This document shows, in pieces, positions 8,435-16,399 of a stretch of DNA of 16,399 bases (position 1 is the first letter of the stretch; each line of letters starts with the position of its first letter). The notes beneath the pieces are model-generated. The model saw nothing but the letters and a program-made list of their open reading frames with translations, was not told the DNA's origin and made no database searches. The stretch spans positions 1 through 16,399 of the forward strand of contig JBDHHQ010000092.1 in NCBI GenBank assembly GCA_039589315.1, read 5' to 3'. This stretch comes from Gemmatimonadota bacterium. GTDB lineage: Bacteria > Gemmatimonadota > Gemmatimonadetes > Longimicrobiales > Gaopeijiaceae. The position numbers and the translations under genes were made by a program.

Positions 8435-9637
8435 TCACGCCGCGACCTTTTCGACCAGAACGGCGATGCCCTGGCCCACCCCGACGCACATGGTGGCCAG
8501 GCCCCGCCGGGCTTCGGGTCGTCGCTTCATCTCGTGGACGAGCGTGGTGAGGATCCGGGCGCCGGAGCAGCCCACCGGGTGGCCCAGGGCGATGGCGCCG
8601 CCGTTCACGTTCACGATCGCAGGGTCCAGGTCGAGCTCCCGCATGCAGGGGAGCGCCTGGGCGGCGAACGCCTCGTTGAGCTCCACGAGGTCCAGGTCCA
8701 CCACCGTCCAGCCCGCCCGGTCCAGGACCTTCCGGGTTGCCGGCACGGGCCCGATGCCCATCCGGTGGGGCTCGACCCCCACCACGGCGGTGGCGACGAT
8801 GCGCACCATGGGCGTGAGAGCCAGGTCGCGGGCTCGTTGCTCGGACAGGACCAGGAGGGCCGCCGCCCCGTCGTTGATGCCCGACGCGTTGCCGGCGGTC
8901 ACCGTCCCGTCGGCGTCGAAGGCGGGCCTCAGCCTCGACAGCGCCTCTGGCGTGCTGTCCGGCCGGGGATGCTCGTCCGCGTCGACGACGACCGGATCGC
9001 CCTTCCGGCGGGGCACGGTCACCGGGACGATCTCGTCGGCGAAGCGACCGGTCTCCATGGCCGCCGCCGTTCGCCGTTGGCTCTCCAGGGCGAAGGCGTC
9101 CTGCTCCTGGCGGGTGACGCCGAACTCCCGCGCCACCACCTCGGCGGTGGCCCCCAGGGAGATGGTCCACTCCGGTCGCAGCGCCGGATTGACGAAGCGC
9201 CAGCCCAGGACGGTGTCGGCCACGGCGGGCACCCCGCGCGTGTAGGCTCGCTCGGGTTTCAGCATGACGAAGGGAGCCCGGCTCATGGACTCCACGCCTC
9301 CCGCCACGAAGGTGGCGCCCTCACCGGCCCGCACGGCCTGATGGGCGGAGGCCACCGCCTGCAGCCCCGATCCGCACAGGCGATTCAACGTCTGGCCCGG
9401 CACGTCCACCGGTAGACCTGCCCGGAGCAGGGCCATGCGGGCCACGTTCCGGTTGTCCTCACCCGCCTGGTTGATGCACCCGAACAGCACGTCGTCGACC
9501 GACGCCGGGTCCACGCCCGTGCGCTCCAGGAGTGCCTGGATGACGCGAGCGGCCAGGTCGTCGGGCCGCACCGCCGCCAGGGCCCCACCGTGCCGCCCGA
9601 TGGGTGTCCGAACGGCGTCGACGATGACGGCGCTCAT
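8435..9637 (-). CDS. Acetyl-CoA C-acyltransferase, 3-oxoadipyl-CoA thiolase (PcaF/PaaJ)-like
   Basis: Start MSAVIVDAVRTPIG at 9637. NQAGEDNRNVARM, NRLCGSG (catalytic Cys), ESMSRAPFVM, NEAFAAQ, GHP, MCVGVGQG. Confidence 0.93.
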   Translation of the reverse strand: MSAVIVDAVRTPIGRHGGALAAVRPDDLAARVIQALLERTGVDPASVDDVLFGCINQAGEDNRNVARMALLRAGLPVDVPGQTLNRLCGSGLQAVASAHQAVRAGEGATFVAGGVESMSRAPFVMLKPERAYTRGVPAVADTVLGWRFVNPALRPEWTISLGATAEVVAREFGVTRQEQDAFALESQRRTAAAMETGRFADEIVPVTVPRRKGDPVVVDADEHPRPDSTPEALSRLRPAFDADGTVTAGNASGINDGAAALLVLSEQRARDLALTPMVRIVATAVVGVEPHRMGIGPVPATRKVLDRAGWTVVDLDLVELNEAFAAQALPCMRELDLDPAIVNVNGGAIALGHPVGCSGARILTTLVHEMKRRPEARRGLATMCVGVGQGIAVLVEKVAA

Positions 9638-9686
9638 GGGATCGCCCAGTCCCCGTGACCGGCCGAGGTCCTTCGGTACGCCGGCA

Positions 9687-10487
9687 CTAGCTACCCGAGA
9701 ACTCGGGCTTCCGCTTCTCGATGTAGGCGCTGAGCCCCTCACGCGCGTCGTCGCTCTGGAAGAGCTGCTGCTGCAGCTCACGCTCCAGGGCCAGTGACGT
9801 CTCGAACGGCAGCTCCCAGCCCGTCTGGACCGAGCGCTTGATGTGGCCCACGGCCTTGGACGCCTTGTTGGGCGGCGTGAACTGACGGGCGTATTCCATG
9901 ACGGCGTCCATGAAGGCCTCGTGGCTGTCGGCCTCGATGACCTGGTTCACGATTCCCAGCTCCACCGCACGGTCGAAGCCGAACGTCTCGCCCGTGACCA
10001 TCAGCTCGATGGCCCTGGACTTGCCCACGATCCGGCTCAGCCGCTGGGTCCCACCGGTGCCGGGGAGCACGCCCAGGTTCACCTCGGGCAGTCCCACTTT
10101 GGACGAGCCGGCGCGCGCCACGCGCATGTCCGCCGCCATGGCGATCTCGAGGCCGCCGCCCACGGTATGACCGTTGAGCGCCGCGATGGTCAGCTTGGGC
10201 GTCTGCTCGAGGCGGTTCAGCGTCTCGTTGGCGTGGAGGCAGAAGCAGTACTTGAAGCCCGAAGTCACCTCGGACAGCATCTGGATATTGGCACCGGCGC
10301 TGAAGAACTTCTCTCCCTTGCCGGTGATGACGATCACGGTCACGTCGTCATCGAACCGCGCCCGCACGATGGCGTCGTCCAACTGCCGCATCATCTCGTG
10401 GGTGTACGTGTTTGCGGGTGGGTCGTCGAGGGTGAGCAGCGCCACCCCGTCTTGGGCGTCGTAGTGGACGAGCACCTTATCGGACAT
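9687..10487 (-). CDS. Enoyl-CoA hydratase/isomerase family protein, BoxC-related
   Basis: ATG 10487 with GAGG upstream. FFSAGANIQML, FCLHANETLNRLEQ, VGGGLEIA, LPEVNLGVLPGTGG. Confidence 0.9.
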   Translation of the reverse strand: MSDKVLVHYDAQDGVALLTLDDPPANTYTHEMMRQLDDAIVRARFDDDVTVIVITGKGEKFFSAGANIQMLSEVTSGFKYCFCLHANETLNRLEQTPKLTIAALNGHTVGGGLEIAMAADMRVARAGSSKVGLPEVNLGVLPGTGGTQRLSRIVGKSRAIELMVTGETFGFDRAVELGIVNQVIEADSHEAFMDAVMEYARQFTPPNKASKAVGHIKRSVQTGWELPFETSLALERELQQQLFQSDDAREGLSAYIEKRKPEFSGS

Positions 10488-10682
10488 GAGCGTTTCCTCT
10501 TCTGGGTGGATTGGAAAGGTCTCTGTAAGCCATCGAAAGCCTGTCTGGTCTGAGTTCGATCCTGCTTGTACCCCCGCGGGTTTCACGCACCGCCCGGAGC
10601 CTCTGCCGACGTTGCGACCCGGGTCTGCCAGGCCGTACCGGAAGCCGAGATCTCGGGCCGGGGACCTGCACGGTACCGGGGA

Positions 10683-11342
10683 TCATTCGCCCGGCTCCCT
10701 CCAGATGGAGGTGCCGGACGCCAGTCCTTTCACCGGGACGGCGGGGGGAGGTTCGACGGGCATCGGCGCCGGGAACCCACGCAGGAAGATGTGGATCATC
10801 TCCTGGGTCAGGCGGTCCACGCTGACGTCCCGGTCCGGCCGGTACCACGTGTAGATCCAGTTCATCATGCCGAACAGGGAAAACGTCGCGACACGGAGGT
10901 CGACGGCGCCCCCCTCCGGCGCGAGCCCGGCCAGAACGTCCTGCACGACCTCGGCGTACTCCCTCTTCTGCTCGAGCACGTGAACGCCGAACTCCCCGTC
11001 GAGGGTCTCCCCTTCGTGGGAAAGCACCTTCATCTCTCGCATATTGCCGGCAAAGAACGCCAGGTGGTTCCGGATCAGGATGCGAAGACGCTCGGCCGGC
11101 TCGGCCACGCCCTGGAGATCTTCCCTGAGCTGTGCCAGGATGGTGTCGAAGCAATGGCTCTGGATCAGGAACAGCAGCTCTTCCTTGCTGCGGAAGTAGT
11201 AGTACAGGCCGGAAAGACTGATCCCCGTGGCGGCAGAAATGTCCCGAATGCTGGCCTTGTGGTAGCCTTTTTCGGCGAAGATCGCGGAGGCTTGCTTCAG
11301 AATCCGCTGGAGCTTCTCGTCGAAGGTTCTCCGTTCCTGCAA
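10683..11342 (-). CDS. TetR/AcrR family regulator (KstR2/PaaR-like C-terminal domain)
   Basis: HTH IFAEKGYHKASIRDISAATGISLSGLYYYFRSKEELL; C-terminal FGMMNWIYTWYRPD. Probable TTG start at 11342 with GGAG upstream, since the longer ORF would overlap its own promoter. Confidence 0.92.
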   Translation of the reverse strand: MQERRTFDEKLQRILKQASAIFAEKGYHKASIRDISAATGISLSGLYYYFRSKEELLFLIQSHCFDTILAQLREDLQGVAEPAERLRILIRNHLAFFAGNMREMKVLSHEGETLDGEFGVHVLEQKREYAEVVQDVLAGLAPEGGAVDLRVATFSLFGMMNWIYTWYRPDRDVSVDRLTQEMIHIFLRGFPAPMPVEPPPAVPVKGLASGTSIWREPGE

Positions 11343-11381
11343 CGGACCCGCGTCTCCGGAATAGGGGGCGTCCAGGGGATT

Positions 11382-11395
11382 CGGACGAGCGTTCG
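11382..11395. promoter_or_regulatory. Candidate TetR (PaaR-like) operator
   Basis: CGGACGAGCGTTCG is a pseudo-palindrome with 1 mismatch to the Thermus PaaR consensus CNAACGNNCGTTNG (recalled). It lies just downstream of the tetR promoter -10. Confidence 0.55.
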
Positions 11396-11403
11396 AACGA
11401 ACG

Positions 11404-11432
11404 AAGCTACCCAGGGGCGGAAGGGGGGTCAA
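11404..11432 (-). promoter_or_regulatory. Probable sigma70 promoter of the tetR/CoA-catabolic block
   Basis: Minus strand TTGACC (11432-11427) - 17 bp - TAGCTT (11409-11404). Confidence 0.65.
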
Positions 11433-11469
11433 GCAACGGTGGCACCTCGGATTTCGGCGGGCACATTGT

Positions 11470-11498
11470 TTGCTCCGGAGGTGTAGCACAGCTACTAT
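11470..11498 (+). promoter_or_regulatory. Probable sigma70 promoter of the lipoprotein-nfeD-floA block
   Basis: TTGCTC (11470-11475) - 17 bp - TACTAT (11493-11498), 20 bp before ATG 11519. Confidence 0.55.
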
Positions 11499-11518
11499 CA
11501 GGAGTGCTCATCAGGCCC

Positions 11519-12259
11519 ATGAAACCGACCGCTTCACACCGCCGACCCCTCGCTGTTCTCGGCGTCTTGGCCGTCTGCGCCGCGTGTCTATCCGCGTGCC
11601 GTGACGACGACGGAGACCCTATGGCCGTGCTGGTGGCCGCGGAGACCCACGGTGCCCTGCGTGCGGCCGAGGGCCTGCCCACGATGGGGGATCTGGCGCA
11701 CCGCTCGGGAGACGCGCCGGGAATGGCCGAGGCCGAGCGCATCTGGGCCGAGTCGTGGACCGACGGCACCGATGGCGGTCGGCAGCTCCGCATGGACGCC
11801 TACCGGAGGGCGGGTCCCGTGCTGACGGAGGCTCTGGGTCCCGACGGAATCCGAGATCTGCTCGTGTCCGTGGATGGCGTGTTGGACGCCGCGTCGGAGC
11901 TGGATCCCACGCAGCTCCCCGCCTTCATCACCGATGGTCTGATCGAGGGCGCAGTCCTCTCGCAGGAGGCCGAGCAGTCCCTCGAGGCCGGCGATCTCGA
12001 CCGTGCCATGATCCTGACGCTGCAAGCGTCGGATCGCCTTCGTGAGCTGGCGCCTGCCGAGGTCGCGGAGTCTCTGATGCGGGAAGCGGAAGACGCTCTG
12101 GGAAGAAACGGCGCGGACGCTCCGTATACCGAGTTGGACCTGGAGCGCAGCCGGCACCTCCTGATCAGCGCCGGCGAGGCGATGGACGGGGGAGACTATC
12201 TCCGGGCCATACGCCGGGCGTACTATGCGTGCCAGCTCCTGGGGGTCGAGCTGCAATAG
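11519..12259 (+). CDS. Hypothetical alpha-helical lipoprotein
   Basis: MKPTASHRRPLAVLGVLAVCAACLSA-C lipobox; acidic helical body ending AIRRAYYACQLLG. Confidence 0.8.
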   Translation: MKPTASHRRPLAVLGVLAVCAACLSACRDDDGDPMAVLVAAETHGALRAAEGLPTMGDLAHRSGDAPGMAEAERIWAESWTDGTDGGRQLRMDAYRRAGPVLTEALGPDGIRDLLVSVDGVLDAASELDPTQLPAFITDGLIEGAVLSQEAEQSLEAGDLDRAMILTLQASDRLRELAPAEVAESLMREAEDALGRNGADAPYTELDLERSRHLLISAGEAMDGGDYLRAIRRAYYACQLLGVELQ

Positions 12260-12368
12260 GTCTGTCTCGACGCCCGTGGAGGGCTGGACGTCCGTCGCCC
12301 CGCCCAAGGGGGGATGTTCGTTTCGGGGATCGCGCGATGGCGCCCCGGCAGGAGAGGCAGCAACACCC

Positions 12369-13706
12369 ATGTCACAGAGAAGGCTTGTATCGACCCTGAT
12401 CCTGGCCGGCGTGCTCGTTCCCGCCGCCGCCCATCAGGTCGTCTCGAATCAGACCCGTCCCGAGGTGGTCACCGTCCCGATCACCGGTGTGATCGAGCTG
12501 GGTCTGGCACCCTTCGTGGAACGTAGCCTCCGGGAGGCGGCCGACCGGGGCGCCGACGCCGTGATCCTGGACCTTGACACTCCCGGTGGGCGCGTGGACG
12601 CGGCCGAGCGTATCGCCGACGCCATCTCGGATTCGGAGGTGCCCGTCTACGCGTTCGTGAACCGCCGAGCCTTCTCGGCGGGGGCGCTGATCTCTCTGGC
12701 GGCCAACCGCATCTACATGCGGCCCGGCAGTGTCATCGGCGCCGCGACGCCGGTGGACGGCACGGGAACGAAGGCGCCGGAGAAGATCGTCTCCGCCATG
12801 CGCAGCGAGATGCGGGCGCTGGCCGAAGCCCGGGGGCTCGATCCCGCTGTGGCCGAGGCCATGGTCGACGAGGAGATCGAGATCTCCGGGGTGGTGGACG
12901 AAGGCAAGCTGTTGAGCCTCACCACCGAGGAAGCCGTCGGGCTGGAGTATGCCCTGGAGGTAGAGGATCTGGACGGGTTGCTGGCGGCGCTGGGGCATGA
13001 GGGCGCTCAGGTCACCCCCATGCGGGTGAACTGGGCCGAACGGGTCGTGCGCTTCCTTTCGCATCCGGTGGTTTCGCCGTTCCTGCTCACCCTCGGCTTC
13101 CTGGGCCTGCTGGCCGAGATCAAGACGCCGGGCTTCGGTGTCGGCGGCGCGGCGGGACTCCTGGCGCTCTCGCTGTTTTTCGGCTCCCATCTGATCGTCG
13201 GGCTGGCCGGGCTCGAGTCGCTGATCATCTTCGGCGTCGGCCTGGTGTTGCTGGCGGTGGAGATCTTCGTCGTGCCCGGCTTCGGTCTGTTCGGGATCGT
13301 GGGCGTGCTGGGGGTGCTGGCCGGGTTGTTCATGAGCCTGCTGGGTGGACTGCCCACCATGGCGGACTTCGGACGGGCGGGGTTGGTCATCTCGGCGTCG
13401 ATGATGGCGGTGATCGTGACGGCCTGGGCCCTCCTCCGCCGTCTGCCTCACAGCGGGCCGCTGGCTCGCCGAGGGATCTTCCTGCTCACGAGCACCAAGA
13501 AAGACGAAGGCTACACCTCCGCGGACCTGCGCCCCGATCTCCTGGACCAGGAGGGTGTGGCGGTCACGGACCTCCGTCCGTCCGGCGTCGGCCTGTTCGG
13601 GGAGGAGCGCGTGGACGTTGTCTCCGAGTCCGAGTGGATCGAACAGGGAACGCCCATCCGGATCATGAGCTCGGAGGGGTACCGGCACGTGGTGAGGGCG
13701 ATCTGA
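12369..13706 (+). CDS. nfeD: NfeD-family (long form, YqeZ/NfeD1b-like) membrane-bound ClpP-class serine protease
   Basis: Signal peptide, [14 protein letters not shown] (catalytic Ser), IGAATP, EK; TM bundle [18 protein letters not shown]-terminal OB domain [20 protein letters not shown] upstream of ATG 12369. Confidence 0.92.
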   Translation: MSQRRLVSTLILAGVLVPAAAHQVVSNQTRPEVVTVPITGVIELGLAPFVERSLREAADRGADAVILDLDTPGGRVDAAERIADAISDSEVPVYAFVNRRAFSAGALISLAANRIYMRPGSVIGAATPVDGTGTKAPEKIVSAMRSEMRALAEARGLDPAVAEAMVDEEIEISGVVDEGKLLSLTTEEAVGLEYALEVEDLDGLLAALGHEGAQVTPMRVNWAERVVRFLSHPVVSPFLLTLGFLGLLAEIKTPGFGVGGAAGLLALSLFFGSHLIVGLAGLESLIIFGVGLVLLAVEIFVVPGFGLFGIVGVLGVLAGLFMSLLGGLPTMADFGRAGLVISASMMAVIVTAWALLRRLPHSGPLARRGIFLLTSTKKDEGYTSADLRPDLLDQEGVAVTDLRPSGVGLFGEERVDVVSESEWIEQGTPIRIMSSEGYRHVVRAI

Positions 13707-13794
13707 CGCTCACGGCGCGCCTGGGACCGACCATTCACGACGTGCCCCCGCCGCCAGGACGGGGTCGTTGGGGCATGCGAGCCGAGGGAACTCC

Positions 13795-14781
13795 ATGTCT
13801 GACGAGCTGATTTTCGGCACCACGTTTTTCGCGATCCTGGGGGGCTTCGCCCTCCTCATGTTCCTCCTCTGGGCAGTGCCGGTCCGCCTCTGGATCGAGG
13901 CGATCAGCGCCGGGGTGCGGCTGAGCATCCCGTATCTGGTGGGCATGCGTCTCCGCAAGGTCCACCCGCCGGCCGTCGTGCGCCCCCTGATCTGGGCTAC
14001 CAAGGCCGGGTTGGACCTCAATATCTCGGACCTCGAAGCCCACTACCTGGCGGGCGGCCAGGTAGACCGGGTGGTCCGGGCCCTCATCAGCGCGGACAAG
14101 GCCAACATCGAGCTGTCGTTCAACCAGGCGGCGGCCATCGACCTGGCCGGCCGAGACGTCTTCGAGGCCGTCCAGGTGTCGGTCAACCCCAAGGTCGTCC
14201 AGACGCCTAGAGTCGCGGCCATGGCCAAGGACGGAATCCAGCTGATCGCGATCGCCCGGGTCACCGTGAGGGCCAACATCAACCGGCTCGTGGGCGGAGC
14301 GGGCGAGGAGACCATTCTGGCCCGGGTCGGTGAGGGCATCGTGTCGACCATCGGATCGGCCGACTCCCACAAGGCGGTGCTCGAGAACCCCGACGCCATC
14401 TCCAAGACCGTGCTGCAGAAGGGCCTCGACTCCGGGACGGCGTTCGAGATCCTGTCGATCGACATCGCCGACGTGGACGTGGGCAAGAACATCGGCGCCG
14501 AGCTCCAGACCGATCAGGCCGAGGCCGACAAGCGCGTGGCGCAGGCCCGTGCGGAGGAGCGCCGTGCCATGGCCGTGGCCCGGGAGCAGGAGATGAAGGC
14601 TCAGGTCCAGGAGGAGCGCGCCAAGCTCGTGTCGGCGCAAGCCGAGGTGCCCCTGGCTCTGGCAGAGGCCTTCAAGCTCGGAAACCTGGGCGTCATGGAC
14701 TACATGCGGTACCGGAACGTGGAATCCGACACAGCCATGCGGAATGCCATCGCCGGCGGCGACGAGGAGCCCATGGCATGA
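13795..14781 (+). CDS. floA: Flotillin-like protein FloA (YqfA family)
   Basis: [92 protein letters not shown]. Confidence 0.96.
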   Translation: MSDELIFGTTFFAILGGFALLMFLLWAVPVRLWIEAISAGVRLSIPYLVGMRLRKVHPPAVVRPLIWATKAGLDLNISDLEAHYLAGGQVDRVVRALISADKANIELSFNQAAAIDLAGRDVFEAVQVSVNPKVVQTPRVAAMAKDGIQLIAIARVTVRANINRLVGGAGEETILARVGEGIVSTIGSADSHKAVLENPDAISKTVLQKGLDSGTAFEILSIDIADVDVGKNIGAELQTDQAEADKRVAQARAEERRAMAVAREQEMKAQVQEERAKLVSAQAEVPLALAEAFKLGNLGVMDYMRYRNVESDTAMRNAIAGGDEEPMA

Positions 14782-14875
14782 GACGCGAGCGAGCGGGCCT
14801 CCCCGCCTCCCTACGCGTGAAGCCGCCGACGCGAGCTGACGCCGCTAGCAGCGAGCCGACGCAGGCCGAGGCACC

Positions 14876-15620
14876 ATGAGCGAGGAGCTGCTTCAACTTC
14901 TCTTCTTCGCCTTCATCTTCATTGCGTTGCCCGCGCTCGAAAGGGTGCTCAGAGGGAGGAAGAAACGGCGCGGCCCGGTCAACCGCGGTCCCACGGAGGA
15001 GGCCGAGGCCGAGGTCGAGTGGGAGCCGGCGCACCGGCGGGAAGCCCCCTGGGACTCGGCAGAAGACTCACCGCCGCCGGGTGTAGAGGGGGAGCGGACC
15101 GAAACCGCGGCGAGCTCCGAGGGCCTGCTGCCGGCCGATCTGTGGGAGGAGTTGGCCGCCTTGGCCCGCGGGGAGCAGAGACCGGATCGGGTGCCGTCCC
15201 GGGAACGCGACGTCCCGGATAGTGCTGCCGAGCCAGGAACGACGGAGGCCGAGCGCGCAAAGCCGCGGGCCGCATCTTCAGGAACCGCAGACGCGGAGGA
15301 CTTCCGCGCCCCGAGCTCACTGCCGGCGGCCCAGCGTTCGCGGGCGCCCCGTCCTCTGCCGCAGAAGCCCGTGTCAAGGGCTCCCCGCAGGTCCTGGCGC
15401 GAGGTCGAATCTCGCGAGCCGCCGCTACCGACTGGCGGTCCGACCCTGCGCAGGCCGGCGCTGGCCGGTCAGGAGGCGTTCCCCGGGGCCGAGGCGGGCG
15501 TTGGTGGCCTTGCATCGCATGTCCAGAGACGACCTCAAGCGGGCGGTCATCTTCCGCGAGGTGTTGGGGCCGCCCATCTCGGAGCGGCCCGGTCTGTTGG
15601 CCGGATCACGGGAGCCTTAG
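14876..15620 (+). CDS. YqfB-like membrane-anchored hypothetical protein with an apparent +1 frameshift
   Basis: N-terminal TM (LLQLLFFAFIFIALP) plus basic patch and DLWEELAALARG in the 14876 frame. The typical C-terminal motif LKRAVIFREVLGPP (15534-15575) is in the next frame, ending at TAG 15620. Confidence 0.65.
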
Positions 15621-15744
15621 GGATCGGCTCAGGCAGCCGTGGGGTTGGCGGTCCGCGGCCGTGGCATCCATGGACCGGTTGCGGTCCATTCGCCGTCGTA
15701 TCCAGACGGCCCGGTGGTCGCGGTCCCGGCGGGGTCGGCTCGTG

Positions 15745-16399
15745 TCATCGGAGCCGCTTGGGCTCCCCGTCGTCATCCCAGACGTCTCGGTCCTCCGGGC
15801 GCCGGGTGGGAAGCGTGGGCACAGAGTCCCCCTGGGCGATGTGCCACCCTTCGTACCGCTGGTAGCGCTGGTAGTACCGGTCCAGCGTCACCTGCCGCCA
15901 GAATAGCGCTTCGGACGGGAGGAGGAAGGTGTCGTCGGGCTGCCCGGTCACGGGGAAGAAGACCGCTTGTCCGCCGGCGTTCTCCACGGGCTCGGGGGTC
16001 TCGAACGCCCACTCCGCCCGAGCCAGGGTAGTGTCGGCCACGATCGTGAGCGTTCCCCGGATCATGGGCTCGTCGTCGTCCTTGGGACAGAACGCCACTT
16101 CCCAGCCGTCGTCACCGGGTTCCTCCTCAGCGAACTGGAAGTCGTGCAGCTTGCCGAAGACCGGGTCGATCAGATGAGGGGCGAAGTCCGCGTGGATCGG
16201 GGCGTAGACCCAGGAGTCGAAGGGACCGGCTGGATTCCACGCGCCGTGTGCGGAACGCGTAGCCCCGCTTCTCGACGCGTCGCCCCCACGAGAACCTCAA
16301 CTGGGGGGCGGAGCCCCGCTGCTCGATCGCCATGTTGGGCAGGTCGAGCGGGCCGATGTCGTCGATGGAGACCACATCCTCGGCCCATGCCATGTAGGT
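15745..16399 (-). CDS. 3' part of a hypothetical protein, 5' end off the window, apparent +1 frameshift near 16223
   Basis: One frame reads TYMAWAEDVV...RGYAFRTRRVESSRS and the next frame continues FDSWVYAPIHADFAPHLIDPVFGKLHDFQF...VAFCPK...IRGTLTIV to the stop at 15745. Confidence 0.65.

Noticed and set aside
4542..9415. Long alternative ORFs (for example 4542-6236 minus, 5327-6256, 7546-8550 and 7724-9415 plus)
   Set aside because: Arg/Gly/Pro-rich shadow frames typical of high-GC DNA, overlapping well-supported genes.
9638..9781. Ser-rich N-terminal extension of the thiolase ORF
   Set aside because: Overlaps the upstream crotonase; thiolase homology begins at ATG 9637.
11343..11489. Cys-containing N-terminal extension of TetR
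   Set aside because: Spans the predicted promoter and operator; not part of the HTH homology.
12372..14640. Minus-strand ORFs of 438 and 301 aa
   Set aside because: Antisense shadows of nfeD and floA.
15479..15488. Programmed frameshift site at TTCCCCGGGG
   Set aside because: No recognisable stimulatory signals; a second nearby indel favours sequencing error.
1..16399. CRISPR arrays, tRNA/rRNA, IS elements, defence systems
   Set aside because: No regularly spaced repeats, RNA gene motifs, transposases or nuclease-like ORFs were seen by eye.

Overview
High-GC bacterial chromosomal DNA; the gene content and protein style suggest Gemmatimonadota (inference). From left to right: a partial secreted carboxypeptidase-regulatory-like domain protein (minus strand, absent from the ORF track), a secreted alpha/beta-hydrolase with a TPR-like tail, rplU-rpmA and an MltD-like lytic transglycosylase. 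A minus-strand block follows, reading tetR > BoxC-related crotonase > PaaJ/PcaF-type thiolase > 3-hydroxyacyl-CoA dehydrogenase > enoyl-CoA hydratase > small ORF > DUF3311 > Na+/solute symporter > chorismate mutase. Divergent from it is lipoprotein > nfeD > floA > yqfB-like, then a partial convergent gene. The main observations are a single-domain crotonase carrying BoxC-like motifs without local ring-epoxidase genes, a PaaR-like operator just downstream of a clear sigma70 promoter, chorismate mutase coupled to the symporter, and two apparent 1-nt frameshifts near the right end (probably assembly errors). No RNA genes, mobile elements or CRISPR arrays were seen.
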